Shown piece after piece: positions 18,778-29,015 of a stretch of DNA of 64,000 bases. The DNA comes from an uncultured Lentisphaerales bacterium (lineage in GTDB: Bacteria > Verrucomicrobiota > Kiritimatiellia > RFP12 > CAYQJG01): assembly GCA_964417715.1 (NCBI GenBank), contig CAYQJG010000003.1, positions 48,370 through 112,369 on the forward strand. Direction: 5' to 3'. A program made the translations under genes and the position numbers. Under the pieces are notes generated by a model that worked only from the letters and a program-made list of their open reading frames with translations, was not told where the DNA came from and did no database searches. Position 1 is the first letter of the stretch. Each line of letters starts with the position of its first letter.

Positions 18778-20408
18778 TCGTAGTGCCCTCGGATCCGCCG
18801 GTCGCGGGGCGTGGCGGGGGTCAGGTGCAGGCCGTGGTCCTCGTACCACGAGTAGCGCACCTCCTCGCCGTCGAAGCGCCAGTGCCGGGGACAGCGGTCG
18901 TGGATCCAGTCGACGGGCTCCACTCGGGCGGGCGGCCGGGCCGCCCGGGCGAAGGCCTCGCGCAGGGCGCTGCGCTGCACCGTGCCGAGCGCCGCCTGCT
19001 CGAGCGAGACGAAGAGCGGCGTCCCGCTGCGGGCAACCAGGTCCAGCCACTGCGCGTTGAAGTCCCACGGCACCGCGCGCGTGAGGCCGACGCAATCGGC
19101 GTCGCAGGCGAAGAAACGGTTGTGCTGCGGCAGGCGGAAGGCCAGTGGGTTGACGCCCATGGCCCGCGTGCGCTCCCATTCGCGGCCGCTGGTGTCGCAA
19201 CCGGTGCGCTGGATCTCGTGCGTCCCCGCGGCCAGGTGGCCGACCGTGTTGCACCCGATCAGCAGCGCATCATCGGCGGCCTCGCGGATGGCGGCGTAGA
19301 GGTCGGTGATCACCTCGGCGGTGGTGCGGGTGCGGTCGGCGAAACTCCAGCCGCCGGCCGCCGTGGCGTAGCCGGTCTGGAAGCCCCAGTAGCCGAGCAG
19401 GTCGTAATGGCTGTAATCGTGCTTGATCATCTCGTACCCCCAGCCGTGCAGACGGCGGATGGTGGCCCGGATGGTCTCCAGGTTCTCGGGGATGGTCGGG
19501 TCCCACGCCGGGACGGTCCCCCACATGGGGGCCGGCTCGCAGCGGGCGGCCGGCAGCAACCGCTCCGCCGGGGCGTCGGCCGGGGCCTGGAGGATGCGGA
19601 CCCAGAGGCCGGGGCGGCAGCCCGCCGCGCGGATGCGCTGCGCCAGCGTCTGCGGATCACCAGCGCGTTCGTTCCCGCGTTCCCAGCGGCCGTCGTTGTC
19701 CTGCCACCCCTCATCCACCACCATCCACGGCCGCACCGGGCCGGCGGGTGAAAGTTCCGCGACGAGGGCGGCGTGGCGCGCAACCTCGTCGGCGGTGAAC
19801 CTGCCATAGGCCGCGTACCAGTTGTTGCTGCCGAAGACCGGTTCGGCTGGCAGACGCGGCCGCGGGCACATCCGGGCGCAAAGCTCCGAGACCACGGCCA
19901 GCGGAGCCTCTCCGGGCGCACCGTGGTGGCTGACGATGCGGGCGGCGCGGATCTCGCGCCCGCTTGGCAAAACCCCGGCACCGCCGGCGCGCAGGTCCAG
20001 GAGCAGGGTGACGCCCTCGGGGTCGACCTGCCAGCAGCACATGGCCCCGGCACCGGTGGCGACACCATAGGCGGCGCAGGTCGTGCCGTCGTACCCGGCC
20101 CAGTACCACGGCAGCGCGCGCTGCGCCGCATACCCGCGCCACTCGAGATCGCCGTAGCTCCGTTCCCAGGCATCGCCGAGGACGCGCAGGTCACCGGGCA
20201 GCGGATGCGTCCAGCGCAACTGCACCCAGCAGAGCGGACGCAGCGGCCGAACGGCAAGCTCCATGCCGGCATCGGTCAGGGTAAACCGCAGTTCGGCATC
20301 GGCGTTGCCGGCCGGGGCTACGTTGTCCGAACTTCCCGCTTCGGACACGATCCGAATCCGGTCTGGAAGACGGGCCAGGTCGGGGAGTGATGGGGGATGT
20401 TGGGTCAT
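18774..20408 (-). CDS. GH36/GH27-like alpha-galactosidase
   Basis: SNNWY, VVDEGWQ, RPGLW, MIKHDY (nucleophile) and RTGCD (acid/base) motifs. Confidence 0.78.
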   Translation of the reverse strand: MTQHPPSLPDLARLPDRIRIVSEAGSSDNVAPAGNADAELRFTLTDAGMELAVRPLRPLCWVQLRWTHPLPGDLRVLGDAWERSYGDLEWRGYAAQRALPWYWAGYDGTTCAAYGVATGAGAMCCWQVDPEGVTLLLDLRAGGAGVLPSGREIRAARIVSHHGAPGEAPLAVVSELCARMCPRPRLPAEPVFGSNNWYAAYGRFTADEVARHAALVAELSPAGPVRPWMVVDEGWQDNDGRWERGNERAGDPQTLAQRIRAAGCRPGLWVRILQAPADAPAERLLPAARCEPAPMWGTVPAWDPTIPENLETIRATIRRLHGWGYEMIKHDYSHYDLLGYWGFQTGYATAAGGWSFADRTRTTAEVITDLYAAIREAADDALLIGCNTVGHLAAGTHEIQRTGCDTSGREWERTRAMGVNPLAFRLPQHNRFFACDADCVGLTRAVPWDFNAQWLDLVARSGTPLFVSLEQAALGTVQRSALREAFARAARPPARVEPVDWIHDRCPRHWRFDGEEVRYSWYEDHGLHLTPATPRDRRIRGHYE

Positions 20409-20416
20409 TGTCAGAA

Positions 20417-21463
20417 TCACTTCCCCGGCCGCCAGGCCGCGACCGTGTCGAACATGGAGACGACGTTTTCGACCGGCGTTTCCTCCAGGATGTAGTCGTG
20501 ACTGGCCCCGGCCACATAGCCGCCGCCCGGGGCCATAATCGCGAGAACCTCCCGGGTGCGTTGCCGGACCGACTCCGGCGTGCCGTCGATGAGGACGTGG
20601 TGCGAATCAATCGCACCGTTGAAGAGGACCTGGCGACCATAGCGGGCTTTGAGCGTCGCCAGGTCCATCCCGCCGCAACAGGGCTGCACGGCGTGCAGGC
20701 CATCGAGGCCGGCGGCGACCATGGCGGGAATCAGGGGCTCAAAGCCGCCGCAGCAGTGCAACTGCACCTTCAACCGGTATTGGTGGCCTAAGTCGATCAA
20801 TCGCCTCAGGTGCGGCAGCATGAACCGCTCGAACTGCGCCGGCCCGAGCAGCGGGCCAGTCTGGCCCCCGAAATCGTTGCCGATGAAGAACACGTCGATC
20901 ACGTCCGCCGCCGCGTCGAAAATACGACGGCTGACAGCGGCATAGTAGTCCACGACATGCTGAAGAATCGCATCCACCGTCTCCGGTTCGTCGTAGAGCT
21001 TCAGGTACAACGTCTCCATGCCCAGCAGGTCGATCAGATCGTGCCAGAACGGCGACCAGTCGCCGCCGAGGATGGCATACCGCCGATTCCAAGCCAGCGC
21101 GTCGGCCCGGATGCGCGAGACATCCGGCACGTCCGGATCGGGCCATGGATAGTCATGGATTTCCTTCAGGCTGGCGTTCGCCAGCGGATGGCTCAGCGGC
21201 TGGCCGTATCCATGCCCGGCGCGGTCGATGCCGAAGACGGTGCGACAGACGACGCCCGGCGGAAGCGGGATCGCCGGGGCGGAGTTCCGGGCGAACACGC
21301 GCCGGAAATCATCGCCGATGCGGCCGAAGAAGCTCTCGTCATCCGGCAGGTTGAGTTGCCGGCGCGCCTTGGCAAGGAAATCCGGCGACGCGCCGCACCA
21401 GCGCGGCACGATATCGGCTTCCTGGTGGGCGAAGGCCGCCAAAACGCGTTCGCGCGAGGTCAT
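20417..21463 (-). CDS. URO-D/MtaA-CmuA superfamily protein
   Basis: MTSRERV, YPWPDP, GNDFGGQ, LHCCG, FNGAID, GGGYVAGASH and TPVEN motifs. Confidence 0.9.
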   Translation of the reverse strand: MTSRERVLAAFAHQEADIVPRWCGASPDFLAKARRQLNLPDDESFFGRIGDDFRRVFARNSAPAIPLPPGVVCRTVFGIDRAGHGYGQPLSHPLANASLKEIHDYPWPDPDVPDVSRIRADALAWNRRYAILGGDWSPFWHDLIDLLGMETLYLKLYDEPETVDAILQHVVDYYAAVSRRIFDAAADVIDVFFIGNDFGGQTGPLLGPAQFERFMLPHLRRLIDLGHQYRLKVQLHCCGGFEPLIPAMVAAGLDGLHAVQPCCGGMDLATLKARYGRQVLFNGAIDSHHVLIDGTPESVRQRTREVLAIMAPGGGYVAGASHDYILEETPVENVVSMFDTVAAWRPGK

Positions 21464-21476
21464 GGGGTGCTCCTAG

Positions 21477-21680
21477 GGTGCTCCATCGAGTACGCGACCT
21501 GTCCCGAACACTGTCCAATGCCGTTCTCAGGCTGGCCGCACATTTTTAAATCGGAATAAGGTTCGGGACAAGGTATTTCTCTTTTGGAGCGGACTCATGG
21601 CGGCAGGCACTCCTGCACCGTGCGGCAGATGCTGGCGTCGCCGCCATGATTGGTGACCCGGAAGATACTCGATGAACACC
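21477..21680. repeat. Intergenic element with three inverted-repeat pairs (MITE/IS-remnant-like)
   Basis: Outer GGTGCTCCATCGAGTA/TACTCGATGAACACC; inner ACCTGTCCCGAAC/GTTCGGGACAAGGT and TCATGGCGGC/GCCGCCATGA. Confidence 0.55.
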
Positions 21681-21692
21681 GTGACAGACAGG

Positions 21693-24600
21693 CTACCGCA
21701 GCAGAATGATAGTGCCTCCTCCGGACTTGGCCAGGACGACACTGTTGCCGTCCTTCTTGACGACATAGCCGGGCGCGCCGGTCACGGTCCACCCCGAAAG
21801 ACTGGCCGCCCCGGCGAACGACGCGGCGGTGAACACCGTGGCCGGACTCGGGAAGGCGCCGCTGCCGCTAACCGAGACGGTCGCGGTGGCGGGGAGAGTG
21901 AGCGTGCCGCTGACGGTCATGGCGCCGGCCACGCCGTCCGTATGGGACCAGGCGCGCGTTACCCCGCCGGCCAGCGTCGCATCGCCGGTGATCGTGCCGT
22001 TGCCCGCCAGCGTCCCGGCGTTGATCGCCACGGACGTCGCCACGACACTACCGCCGTTCTTCACGTCCAGCTTGCCGGCCGTCTGCGTCAGCGTGTATCC
22101 GGACATCTTGATGGAAGAAGCCGCGCCATCGACCGTAATGGTCCCGGAACTGATCAGGTTGATGGCGGAACGAAGCTGGTTGGTGCTGGCCGCCAGACTG
22201 TTCGTCGAGACAATCACAATCGTCCCACTGCTGGCGAACGTGGCGCCGGCCTTGATGTCCACATAGTTCTCGGCGGTTGCGCTCGACTTGGTGTTCTCGA
22301 TGATGAAGGTGCCGCCAGGGGCGTTGTTCAGCGTCGTGCCGCTGTTGAAAGTCCAATACGCTTTCGCCGCGCTCCCACTGAGCGAGAGCCTGGCCGTTCC
22401 CGAGTTTATCAAGCCCCCGGACGTATTGAAGGTTTCGTACTCGCTGAGGCTGGCCAAGAGCAGCTGGAATGTGCCGGCGTTGTTGACGGTTACGCTAGTC
22501 AACTCATGCTTGCCGTTTGGCTTTCCGAACGAGATCGTCGATGTGGAATCGGCATTCAAGCTACCGCCCGAGATGGCGAAGCTTGAAGGGAATGACAGTG
22601 TGCCGCCGTTAACGGCTTCGATCACGCCATCCGAATTGTTGAGCTTGGCCCCCCCCCCCGTCTCGGCGGTACTTGCTAAATTTAGCTGGCGCCCGTCGGC
22701 GCGGATTGTGCCGGCGTTCACATGCCCGGTGTTGAGTGAGTGAGTTATCGTCAGGATGCCGGACCCTTGATTATGCACGATGGTGCCGGCATTGTTGAGC
22801 ACGCCGGCGATGGTCAGGGTGCGGCCGATCGGCGTCGCATCCTTGCATAGCACGCTCCCGCTGCCCACGGTCAGATTCGATACAGAAGTGCCGCCATTCA
22901 GATCGTTCGTGCCGCCGTTCGTGATCAGCACGACATCGTTCGCCGACGGCACGGTCGCCGGGTTCCAGTTGCCGGCCGTGTTCCACGTGCCCGTGGCAAC
23001 ATTCCAGTAGTGCGCGCACGTTCCTTGGATCGCGAAGTCATAGGGATTCTCGTTGCCATCGTCGTTGGCGATCGACAGCGTCGCGGTTCGCAGTCCAAGG
23101 GCGGACGGATCGAAGGTCACTTGGAAGATTGTAGAGCCAAACGCCACCACGGGGCTGACCGGAAAGGCGGTGACCGTGAAGTCACTGGCGTGAGCTCCCC
23201 CGACCACCACGATTGGGGTAGCGGTGAGGTTCAGCGACGCCGAGCCCATGTTGGTGATCGTGAACGTGCGCACCACCGTGCCGGCCAGGGACGCGACCCC
23301 GAAGTCGGTGTGGTCGGCCAGGCCGGGCGTGTTGTCGCCGTCCGCGATCGACACCCCGTTGCCGCGCACGTCCATCTCGGTGTCATCGCGCAGCGTCAGC
23401 GTGGTGCCGTTGTAGTGCAAGGCCCAGCCAACGGGCAAGCCCTCGGTGGTGAAGGGGGTGCCCGCGCCGATGCCCGATGCCGCGGTCATCAACGTGTATA
23501 CCGTCCCTGGCGTGAGCGTGCCACTGAAGCGGATCACAGCCCCGCTCGCGATCGTGGCGGCCGCACTCAGCGTCAATTGATCGGCCGTGGCCCCGCTGAT
23601 TTCCACCACGTTCGTGCTGCCGTTGCTGAACGTGCCCGTCCCGGTGATGGCCAGCGTCCCTACCGTGCCCACCCCGCCCGGGTTGATGCTCGCCCCGCTG
23701 TTCAAGGTTGTGTTCCCGATCACCGTGCCGATGCCGGCCAACGTCTGCCCGCTCTTCACCTGATAGCCGCCCGTGACACCCGATACGTTTAGGAATGCGC
23801 CAGAGGCAACTGTGATCACGGGACTGCTGTCGATAGTGCCTGATCCTGTCAGCGTCAGGGTGCCGGTGTTGATTGTCGTGTCACCCGTATAGGTGTTGCC
23901 CGTCTTCAACGTCAGCGTGGAGGAACCGGCCTTGATGAGGCCGACGGCGGAATCGCCGCTAATGACCCCGTCCATGCTAACGGCACTATTCACGGTCAAC
24001 GTGCGGGTTGCCGCCCCCAGGCCCGCCGCCGCCGAGAAGGTCAGCGCACCATTGGCCGTGGCGTCGCCCAACGTGGGATTGCCGGTCAACGTCACAGCAT
24101 TCAGGATCGTCCGGGCCGTGGTGTCTCCCGACGACAGCGTGCCACCGCCGAGCGTCAACCCGCCCGTGCCCAGCGCGCTGGAGGTGATCGCTCCCACCGA
24201 GCCCACGTTGCCCACGGCCACCAGGACCGTCCCGTCGTTGATCACCACGCCGCCGGAGAAGGTGCTTGCGCCGGCGAAAGTGTAGGTGGCCGAGCCGGTG
24301 ACCTTGACCCCGTTGGCGGTCGTGGTCAGCGCGTTGACCGTGACCGGGGCGCTGCCGGCCAGGACCAGGGTGCCCGCCGTGCCGGTGAAGGCACCCGAAA
24401 TCACGGCTCTTTTCGCCCCCGTGCCGGTGCCGTTGTTGAAGGTGAGGGTGCGGGTAGCGCCTTGGGTGTCGATGGTGCCGGTGGAAAGCGTGAGCGTTCC
24501 TGCTCCGGTGCCATTTCCGTTGATGGTGTAGGTGGTGTCGCCCGTGAGCGTCTTGGCGCCGCTGAGCGTCAGGCCGTAGGCGGTGTCAATGGTGGTGAGT

Positions 24601-25373
24601 GACCCGGCGGACATGACCATGGTCTGGCTGCCACCCAAAGTTGCGGCCCCGCTGATAGTGTGGGTGACGCCATTGCCGGTCGAGGCCGGGTTGATGGTGA
24701 CCGTGGTGCCGGCAGCGGTCATATTGATCTTGCCGCTGAACGTCGTGGCCGCAGCGCGCAACTCAAGGTTGCCGCCGCCGAAATTCAAGGTGTTTGCGGC
24801 CGGGCCGAATGCAGCGGCCACGGTGGCGCGCAAGTTCCCGGAATTCAGGTCGATGCTCCCGGCCGTGCCGGTATTCGCGCCACCGAAAATGAAGTCGCCG
24901 CCCGCGAGCGTCAGTTTGTTGGCTCCAAGGGCAATGACGCCGAACGCGGGCGCATCGTTGTCGCTGTTGACCCAACTTTGGTTCGCGCCGATCGTTATGA
25001 CCGATGCGGCGGGAACCGTCAAGGCCCCGGCCCCATTGGCGATGGTGATCCCGCTGGCGCCGATGCTAAGGCCAGGAGTGGTTTTTGTGGTGAGGGTCAT
25101 GGCGCCATTGTTGGCGCCGATGGTAATGCCGTTGATACTCCTGCTGGCGGCCGCGGACGAGGGGTGCCTCGGCGTTGCCGCCGCTTGATAGGGTCCGGTC
25201 AGGTTGAAGTTGGCGATGTCGGAAGTCAGGTTGTCGGCCGGGAGGGTGTCCCAGTTGTCGGCGGCGGACCAAGTCACGCTCGTATCGCCATCCCAATTGC
25301 GGGTTGTGGCTTGCGCAGCGGGCACGGCGAACGCGAGGCTGAGACCCAGGAGTATGATTCGTCGCAGGTTCAT
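21693..25373 (-). CDS. Secreted surface protein with autotransporter-associated beta-strand repeats and a choice-of-anchor D (ASH-type Ig) domain, lacking a beta-barrel
   Basis: Signal peptide [10 protein letters not shown]...[31 protein letters not shown] repeat. IADGDNTP...TDFG...RTFTITN...[10 protein letters not shown] domain. Ends [10 protein letters not shown]. Confidence 0.85.
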   Translation of the reverse strand: MNLRRIILLGLSLAFAVPAAQATTRNWDGDTSVTWSAADNWDTLPADNLTSDIANFNLTGPYQAAATPRHPSSAAASRSINGITIGANNGAMTLTTKTTPGLSIGASGITIANGAGALTVPAASVITIGANQSWVNSDNDAPAFGVIALGANKLTLAGGDFIFGGANTGTAGSIDLNSGNLRATVAAAFGPAANTLNFGGGNLELRAAATTFSGKINMTAAGTTVTINPASTGNGVTHTISGAATLGGSQTMVMSAGSLTTIDTAYGLTLSGAKTLTGDTTYTINGNGTGAGTLTLSTGTIDTQGATRTLTFNNGTGTGAKRAVISGAFTGTAGTLVLAGSAPVTVNALTTTANGVKVTGSATYTFAGASTFSGGVVINDGTVLVAVGNVGSVGAITSSALGTGGLTLGGGTLSSGDTTARTILNAVTLTGNPTLGDATANGALTFSAAAGLGAATRTLTVNSAVSMDGVISGDSAVGLIKAGSSTLTLKTGNTYTGDTTINTGTLTLTGSGTIDSSPVITVASGAFLNVSGVTGGYQVKSGQTLAGIGTVIGNTTLNSGASINPGGVGTVGTLAITGTGTFSNGSTNVVEISGATADQLTLSAAATIASGAVIRFSGTLTPGTVYTLMTAASGIGAGTPFTTEGLPVGWALHYNGTTLTLRDDTEMDVRGNGVSIADGDNTPGLADHTDFGVASLAGTVVRTFTITNMGSASLNLTATPIVVVGGAHASDFTVTAFPVSPVVAFGSTIFQVTFDPSALGLRTATLSIANDDGNENPYDFAIQGTCAHYWNVATGTWNTAGNWNPATVPSANDVVLITNGGTNDLNGGTSVSNLTVGSGSVLCKDATPIGRTLTIAGVLNNAGTIVHNQGSGILTITHSLNTGHVNAGTIRADGRQLNLASTAETGGGAKLNNSDGVIEAVNGGTLSFPSSFAISGGSLNADSTSTISFGKPNGKHELTSVTVNNAGTFQLLLASLSEYETFNTSGGLINSGTARLSLSGSAAKAYWTFNSGTTLNNAPGGTFIIENTKSSATAENYVDIKAGATFASSGTIVIVSTNSLAASTNQLRSAINLISSGTITVDGAASSIKMSGYTLTQTAGKLDVKNGGSVVATSVAINAGTLAGNGTITGDATLAGGVTRAWSHTDGVAGAMTVSGTLTLPATATVSVSGSGAFPSPATVFTAASFAGAASLSGWTVTGAPGYVVKKDGNSVVLAKSGGGTIILLR
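22649..22659 (-). repeat. G11 homopolymer in the coding strand of the surface protein
   Basis: 11 consecutive C on the + strand, read as ACG GGG GGG GGG GCC (TGGGA). Confidence 0.85.
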
Positions 25374-25469
25374 GATGCAGTTTCCTTTCTGTTTGGGTTT
25401 GCTGTTGGCAGTTGAACGCTCGGTGTGAGACGGTGTTCGTTTCATGTACATTTTCTCCTTTACTGTGCG

Positions 25470-26483
25470 TTATCGGTCAGTCCTTCCGTACCAGCGCTTC
25501 AGGACATCGGCGGCGGGCTTGCCGTCGAGGGTAAAGCCCTTGTCGCCGCGGGGGTCGTCGCGGAAATGGGGACGGTCGTTCTGCTCTTCCCACTTCCACC
25601 AGTAGAGCCCCATCCACCACGGTTCGGTCCAGAACGTATCGAGGATCGCATCGAGGTAGCGGGCCTGCTCCTCGCCGTCATACCCGCCCCCGTTGTCCCA
25701 GCCGTAAGGCTTGGCCGTGGCGCCGGCGGTCGAGCAGCAGCCGCACTCGGCGAAGTAGAACGGCTTGCCATAGAGCGCGGCGACCTGGCGGTAGTGTGCA
25801 AGCCAGGGCTGGAGCTTCGCGCGCATCGCCTCGAGGCTGGCGCCGGGGGCGTCGGCGACCGGGTGGTAAACGCTCACGCCCAGCGAATCCAGGTCGTAGA
25901 ACCAGTGGTCCTTGTTCGACAACTCCTTGAGAAAATCCACGACGGGCGTGTGCCCCGTGGTCAGGTGGCCGCTAAACTCGCTGCGGGCGGCGGCCACGAC
26001 CTTCTTCCAGTGGGCAATCTGCCCCACGGTGCGGCACAACTCGCTGTCCAGGCCGAACGCCTCGCACCCGGCCCGGCGAGCGACGCGTGCATAGTGCAAG
26101 GTCCGCTCGGCCATGCTCTCGAACCAGCGGGTCCAGTGGTTCATGGGCTTGCCGGGCATGATGGTCTGCTCCTCCGGGAAGTTGATCTGCAGCCGCTGGG
26201 CACCGTCCCAGCATTCGAGCATCGGACGGAGTTGCACTTTCATCCCCCGCGCGTGGATATGATCGATGATGTCCCGCAGTTCGTCATCGGCGGGGGTCAT
26301 CAGGAAATCCCGGTACTGGCGGGTGCTGGCAAAGGTGTCCTGCAGGACGGTGGCCACCACGCAGACCCACTCGATGTTCAGCGCGCGCATGCGGTCGACC
26401 TGGCGCCGCGCCTCGTCGCTGGCGTAATAGCCGTTGCGGGCGTAGAAGCCGAAGGTCATGCCGCGATGGAGAGGAATGCTCAT
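25470..26483 (-). CDS. GH113-family glycoside hydrolase (beta-mannanase-like)
   Basis: RGMTFG, GMKVQLRP, WFESM, LDSEL (acid/base), FAECG (nucleophile), EQARY and GLYWWKW motifs. Confidence 0.82.
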   Translation of the reverse strand: MSIPLHRGMTFGFYARNGYYASDEARRQVDRMRALNIEWVCVVATVLQDTFASTRQYRDFLMTPADDELRDIIDHIHARGMKVQLRPMLECWDGAQRLQINFPEEQTIMPGKPMNHWTRWFESMAERTLHYARVARRAGCEAFGLDSELCRTVGQIAHWKKVVAAARSEFSGHLTTGHTPVVDFLKELSNKDHWFYDLDSLGVSVYHPVADAPGASLEAMRAKLQPWLAHYRQVAALYGKPFYFAECGCCSTAGATAKPYGWDNGGGYDGEEQARYLDAILDTFWTEPWWMGLYWWKWEEQNDRPHFRDDPRGDKGFTLDGKPAADVLKRWYGRTDR

Positions 26484-26538
26484 AGTTAGGCTCTGGAAAC
26501 AAACAGAGTTTTCATATCGCCGTAATCCACTTTTCTAG

Positions 26539-26690
26539 ACACTTAACCGCTTTCTTAACCGCCACTCTTACTCGGATACCCTTAACCGACCTGCTTACTC
26601 CTGGCGGCGCAAGCCGTTGCAAGAGAGTCGTTTAAGCGTATCCGACTAAGTGTTTCGGCTAAGTGGGCGAGGAAGTGTAGGGTTAAGTGT
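26539..26690. repeat. Inverted array of CTTAACCG-like units with ~12-bp period
   Basis: Perfect terminal IR ACACTTAACC/GGTTAAGTGT. CTTA units on the left half and TAAG units on the right half. Confidence 0.6.
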
Positions 26691-26705
26691 TTCCTTTCAA
26701 TCCGT

Positions 26706-28997
26706 TCATCTTTTCATAGGATTCTTGACAGCGCCGGCCAGTGGACAGGCGAGCACACAGGGCTCGGCCACGACCGGCCGGTACTTCTTGATCGGGTCGT
26801 GCTGCCGCAACGCGGCGGCCAGGTCGGTGGCCGTCGGCTCGACCGGCGCCGGCTCATCGAGAGGGGAGCCCAGGTACTTGAACCCGCTGTCGCCCATGAG
26901 GGCGTAGCGCTTGACCCAATCGCAGCGCCGGGCGTCGCGCGGATGGAAGACGACACTGCGGCCGTCGTAGCACAGAGTCACGGGAGCAATACTGAAGGCG
27001 CTGGAGGGACAGGCAGCCAGGCACGGGCGGGCGCAGTCGCCGCAGGCGGCGGCCGCCAGCTCGGGCGGCAGCGGCGACGGAGTCAGCGGCGCGTCGGTGA
27101 CGACGGCGATCAGCCGCTGGCGCAGGCCATACGCGGGCGTGGCCAGAGCGCCGCTGACGGTGAGCTGGCCCAGGCCGGCGGCGAGGCCGGCGAAGCGGTT
27201 GGTGAACAGGTCCGGTTGCGGGCCGCGCGGATTGGCGGTCCAGGAGTCGGTGCCGGTGAGGTCGGTGGCGATAACGGCCTGGTAGCCGAGGGCTTCGAGG
27301 CGCTTGACCAGACGCATGGCCAGGACCGCCCCCAGCCAGTTGGTGACATAGGTCTGGAAGGCGTAGGGGCCGACCGCCTCGGCGGGCGGTCGGGTGGCCC
27401 AGCGGGGTACGGCGGCATGGTAGCGGAGGCCGCACACCAGCACGGCACGGGCCCCGGGCAGCCAGTCGGCACAGGTGCGCACCTTCCGGGCGCGGGTGGT
27501 GACCTCGGGATCCCAGGGGGTGAAGCGGACCGAGCGGTCAGTGGCGTCGAGCACCTCCTCGCCGTCGAAGACCGGCCGCAACTGCGCGGCGAGTGCGTCC
27601 ACGCGGGCGGCGGAGGCCACGCCCACGAGATCCGCGCCCAGCCCGCTGGCGAAGGCGGTGAGATCGGCGGTGAGGTCGGCAGCGGGGTCCCCGGCCGGCG
27701 CTTCGCGCGACTGCGGCGGGATGACGGCGCGGGTCAGCACGGTGTTGGCGATGACGACGCGGCCTTGGAACGGTGCGAAGTTCGCAACAATGACGCCGGT
27801 GGCGTTTTCGTCCTTCACCGGATCGGGGTGCGAGCCGCTACGCTGGACGGTCAGCAGGGCGCGGTGGCCCAACCCCTCGCAGGCGCGCGCCAGGTCATAG
27901 CAGAGCGAATCGATCTGATAGGCGGCGCCGAAATGGAAGGGTTCGGTCGCCGCGCTGCCGGCGGGCACGACGATGGCCGCGGTGATCGCCGTCCGGGCGC
28001 CGGGCAGCAGGCGGTCGGCGTCGAGTCCCGCCTGGTGCAGGTCCTCGGCTGTCGTCACGCGCACCAGTTCGGCGCCTCCCGCGAAAAGCGGCGCGAGCAG
28101 ACGGTCCACGGTCGCATCGTCCGCCGGTTCGGACGAACCGGTAACGGCGTAGCGTCGCATGGGGGTTCGCGAGTAGGTGCGGTCGAACGTGCGCAGCGGC
28201 TTGGGGACGCAGAATTTCAGGCACTGGCCCATTTCCCCAGAACGAATGCCATGCCGCTGGACATTTTCGAGGATGACGTCTTCGGTGACCTTCTCGGGGA
28301 TCTGGAGATCCAGGTCTAGGTCGAAGTGTTCGCCCCAGGCGCAGCGCCAGAGGTTCTTGTCGGGGAAGCGGTATTCGTAGGGGTCGATGCGCACGACCTT
28401 GTCGCCGGCGATCTCCTTGGTCAGGGCGGCGGTAGGGCAATGCTTGCGGCAGAGCATGCACCGGTCGCAGACAGTACCGGGCGGGATGAGCGGGTCCGGC
28501 TCGAGTTCGGCGTCGGTCAGGACCGTGATGAAGCGGTTGCGGGCGCCGTACTGGGGCGTCAGGGCGAGGCCGTTGAAGCCGAGTTCGGCCAGTCCCGCGA
28601 CGACCGCCATGTAGATGTGGCTGACGTCCGGGGCGAAAACGGCTGTGAGATCCTTGTATTGGTTGTAGCGCCAGATGTTGCTGGAGGCGATGGGCATGGC
28701 CTGGTGGCCCTGCGTCTCGATCCAGGTGGCCAGCCGGTAGGCCATCTCGTCGAGCCGCGAGTTCATCAGGTACTGCACCGAGTAGGGCCCGATCTCCTGC
28801 GGGTGCGTCTCGCCGCCCAGCTCGATGCAGGCGTCAGGATGGTGGAGCGCCATGACGACAATGCTGCGGGTGGGCGGGAAGAGCCCCTGCGGGCTCATCA
28901 TCAAGGGCGCGTGGCGGCAGCGGGCGATGCCGCCAATGCCGACCAAGTCGGCCCCGAGTTCGTGCGCACGGGTCTTGATGAGCGCTTTCAGCGACAT
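26706..28997 (-). CDS. Multi-module QueG/reductive-dehalogenase-like Fe-S protein, putatively cobalamin-binding
   Basis: Two complete modules (GADLVG...AGL..G...TP.YG.R.R...V.TDA; CDRCMLCRKHCP and CGDCARPCLAACP) plus a degenerate middle module. Confidence 0.8.
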   Translation of the reverse strand: MSLKALIKTRAHELGADLVGIGGIARCRHAPLMMSPQGLFPPTRSIVVMALHHPDACIELGGETHPQEIGPYSVQYLMNSRLDEMAYRLATWIETQGHQAMPIASSNIWRYNQYKDLTAVFAPDVSHIYMAVVAGLAELGFNGLALTPQYGARNRFITVLTDAELEPDPLIPPGTVCDRCMLCRKHCPTAALTKEIAGDKVVRIDPYEYRFPDKNLWRCAWGEHFDLDLDLQIPEKVTEDVILENVQRHGIRSGEMGQCLKFCVPKPLRTFDRTYSRTPMRRYAVTGSSEPADDATVDRLLAPLFAGGAELVRVTTAEDLHQAGLDADRLLPGARTAITAAIVVPAGSAATEPFHFGAAYQIDSLCYDLARACEGLGHRALLTVQRSGSHPDPVKDENATGVIVANFAPFQGRVVIANTVLTRAVIPPQSREAPAGDPAADLTADLTAFASGLGADLVGVASAARVDALAAQLRPVFDGEEVLDATDRSVRFTPWDPEVTTRARKVRTCADWLPGARAVLVCGLRYHAAVPRWATRPPAEAVGPYAFQTYVTNWLGAVLAMRLVKRLEALGYQAVIATDLTGTDSWTANPRGPQPDLFTNRFAGLAAGLGQLTVSGALATPAYGLRQRLIAVVTDAPLTPSPLPPELAAAACGDCARPCLAACPSSAFSIAPVTLCYDGRSVVFHPRDARRCDWVKRYALMGDSGFKYLGSPLDEPAPVEPTATDLAAALRQHDPIKKYRPVVAEPCVLACPLAGAVKNPMKR

Positions 28998-29015
28998 GGC
29001 GTCTCCGGGTCTGTT

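Noticed and set aside
16359-21463. hemE / heme biosynthesis
   Set aside because: The RQAGR motif is absent, HxC metal motifs are present, and there are no tetrapyrrole genes nearby
21693-25373. Classical type V autotransporter
   Set aside because: No C-terminal beta-barrel or terminal aromatic residue
26539-26690. CRISPR array or integron attC site
   Set aside because: Units are ~12 bp and degenerate with no spacers; no cas or integrase gene; no convincing attC core sites
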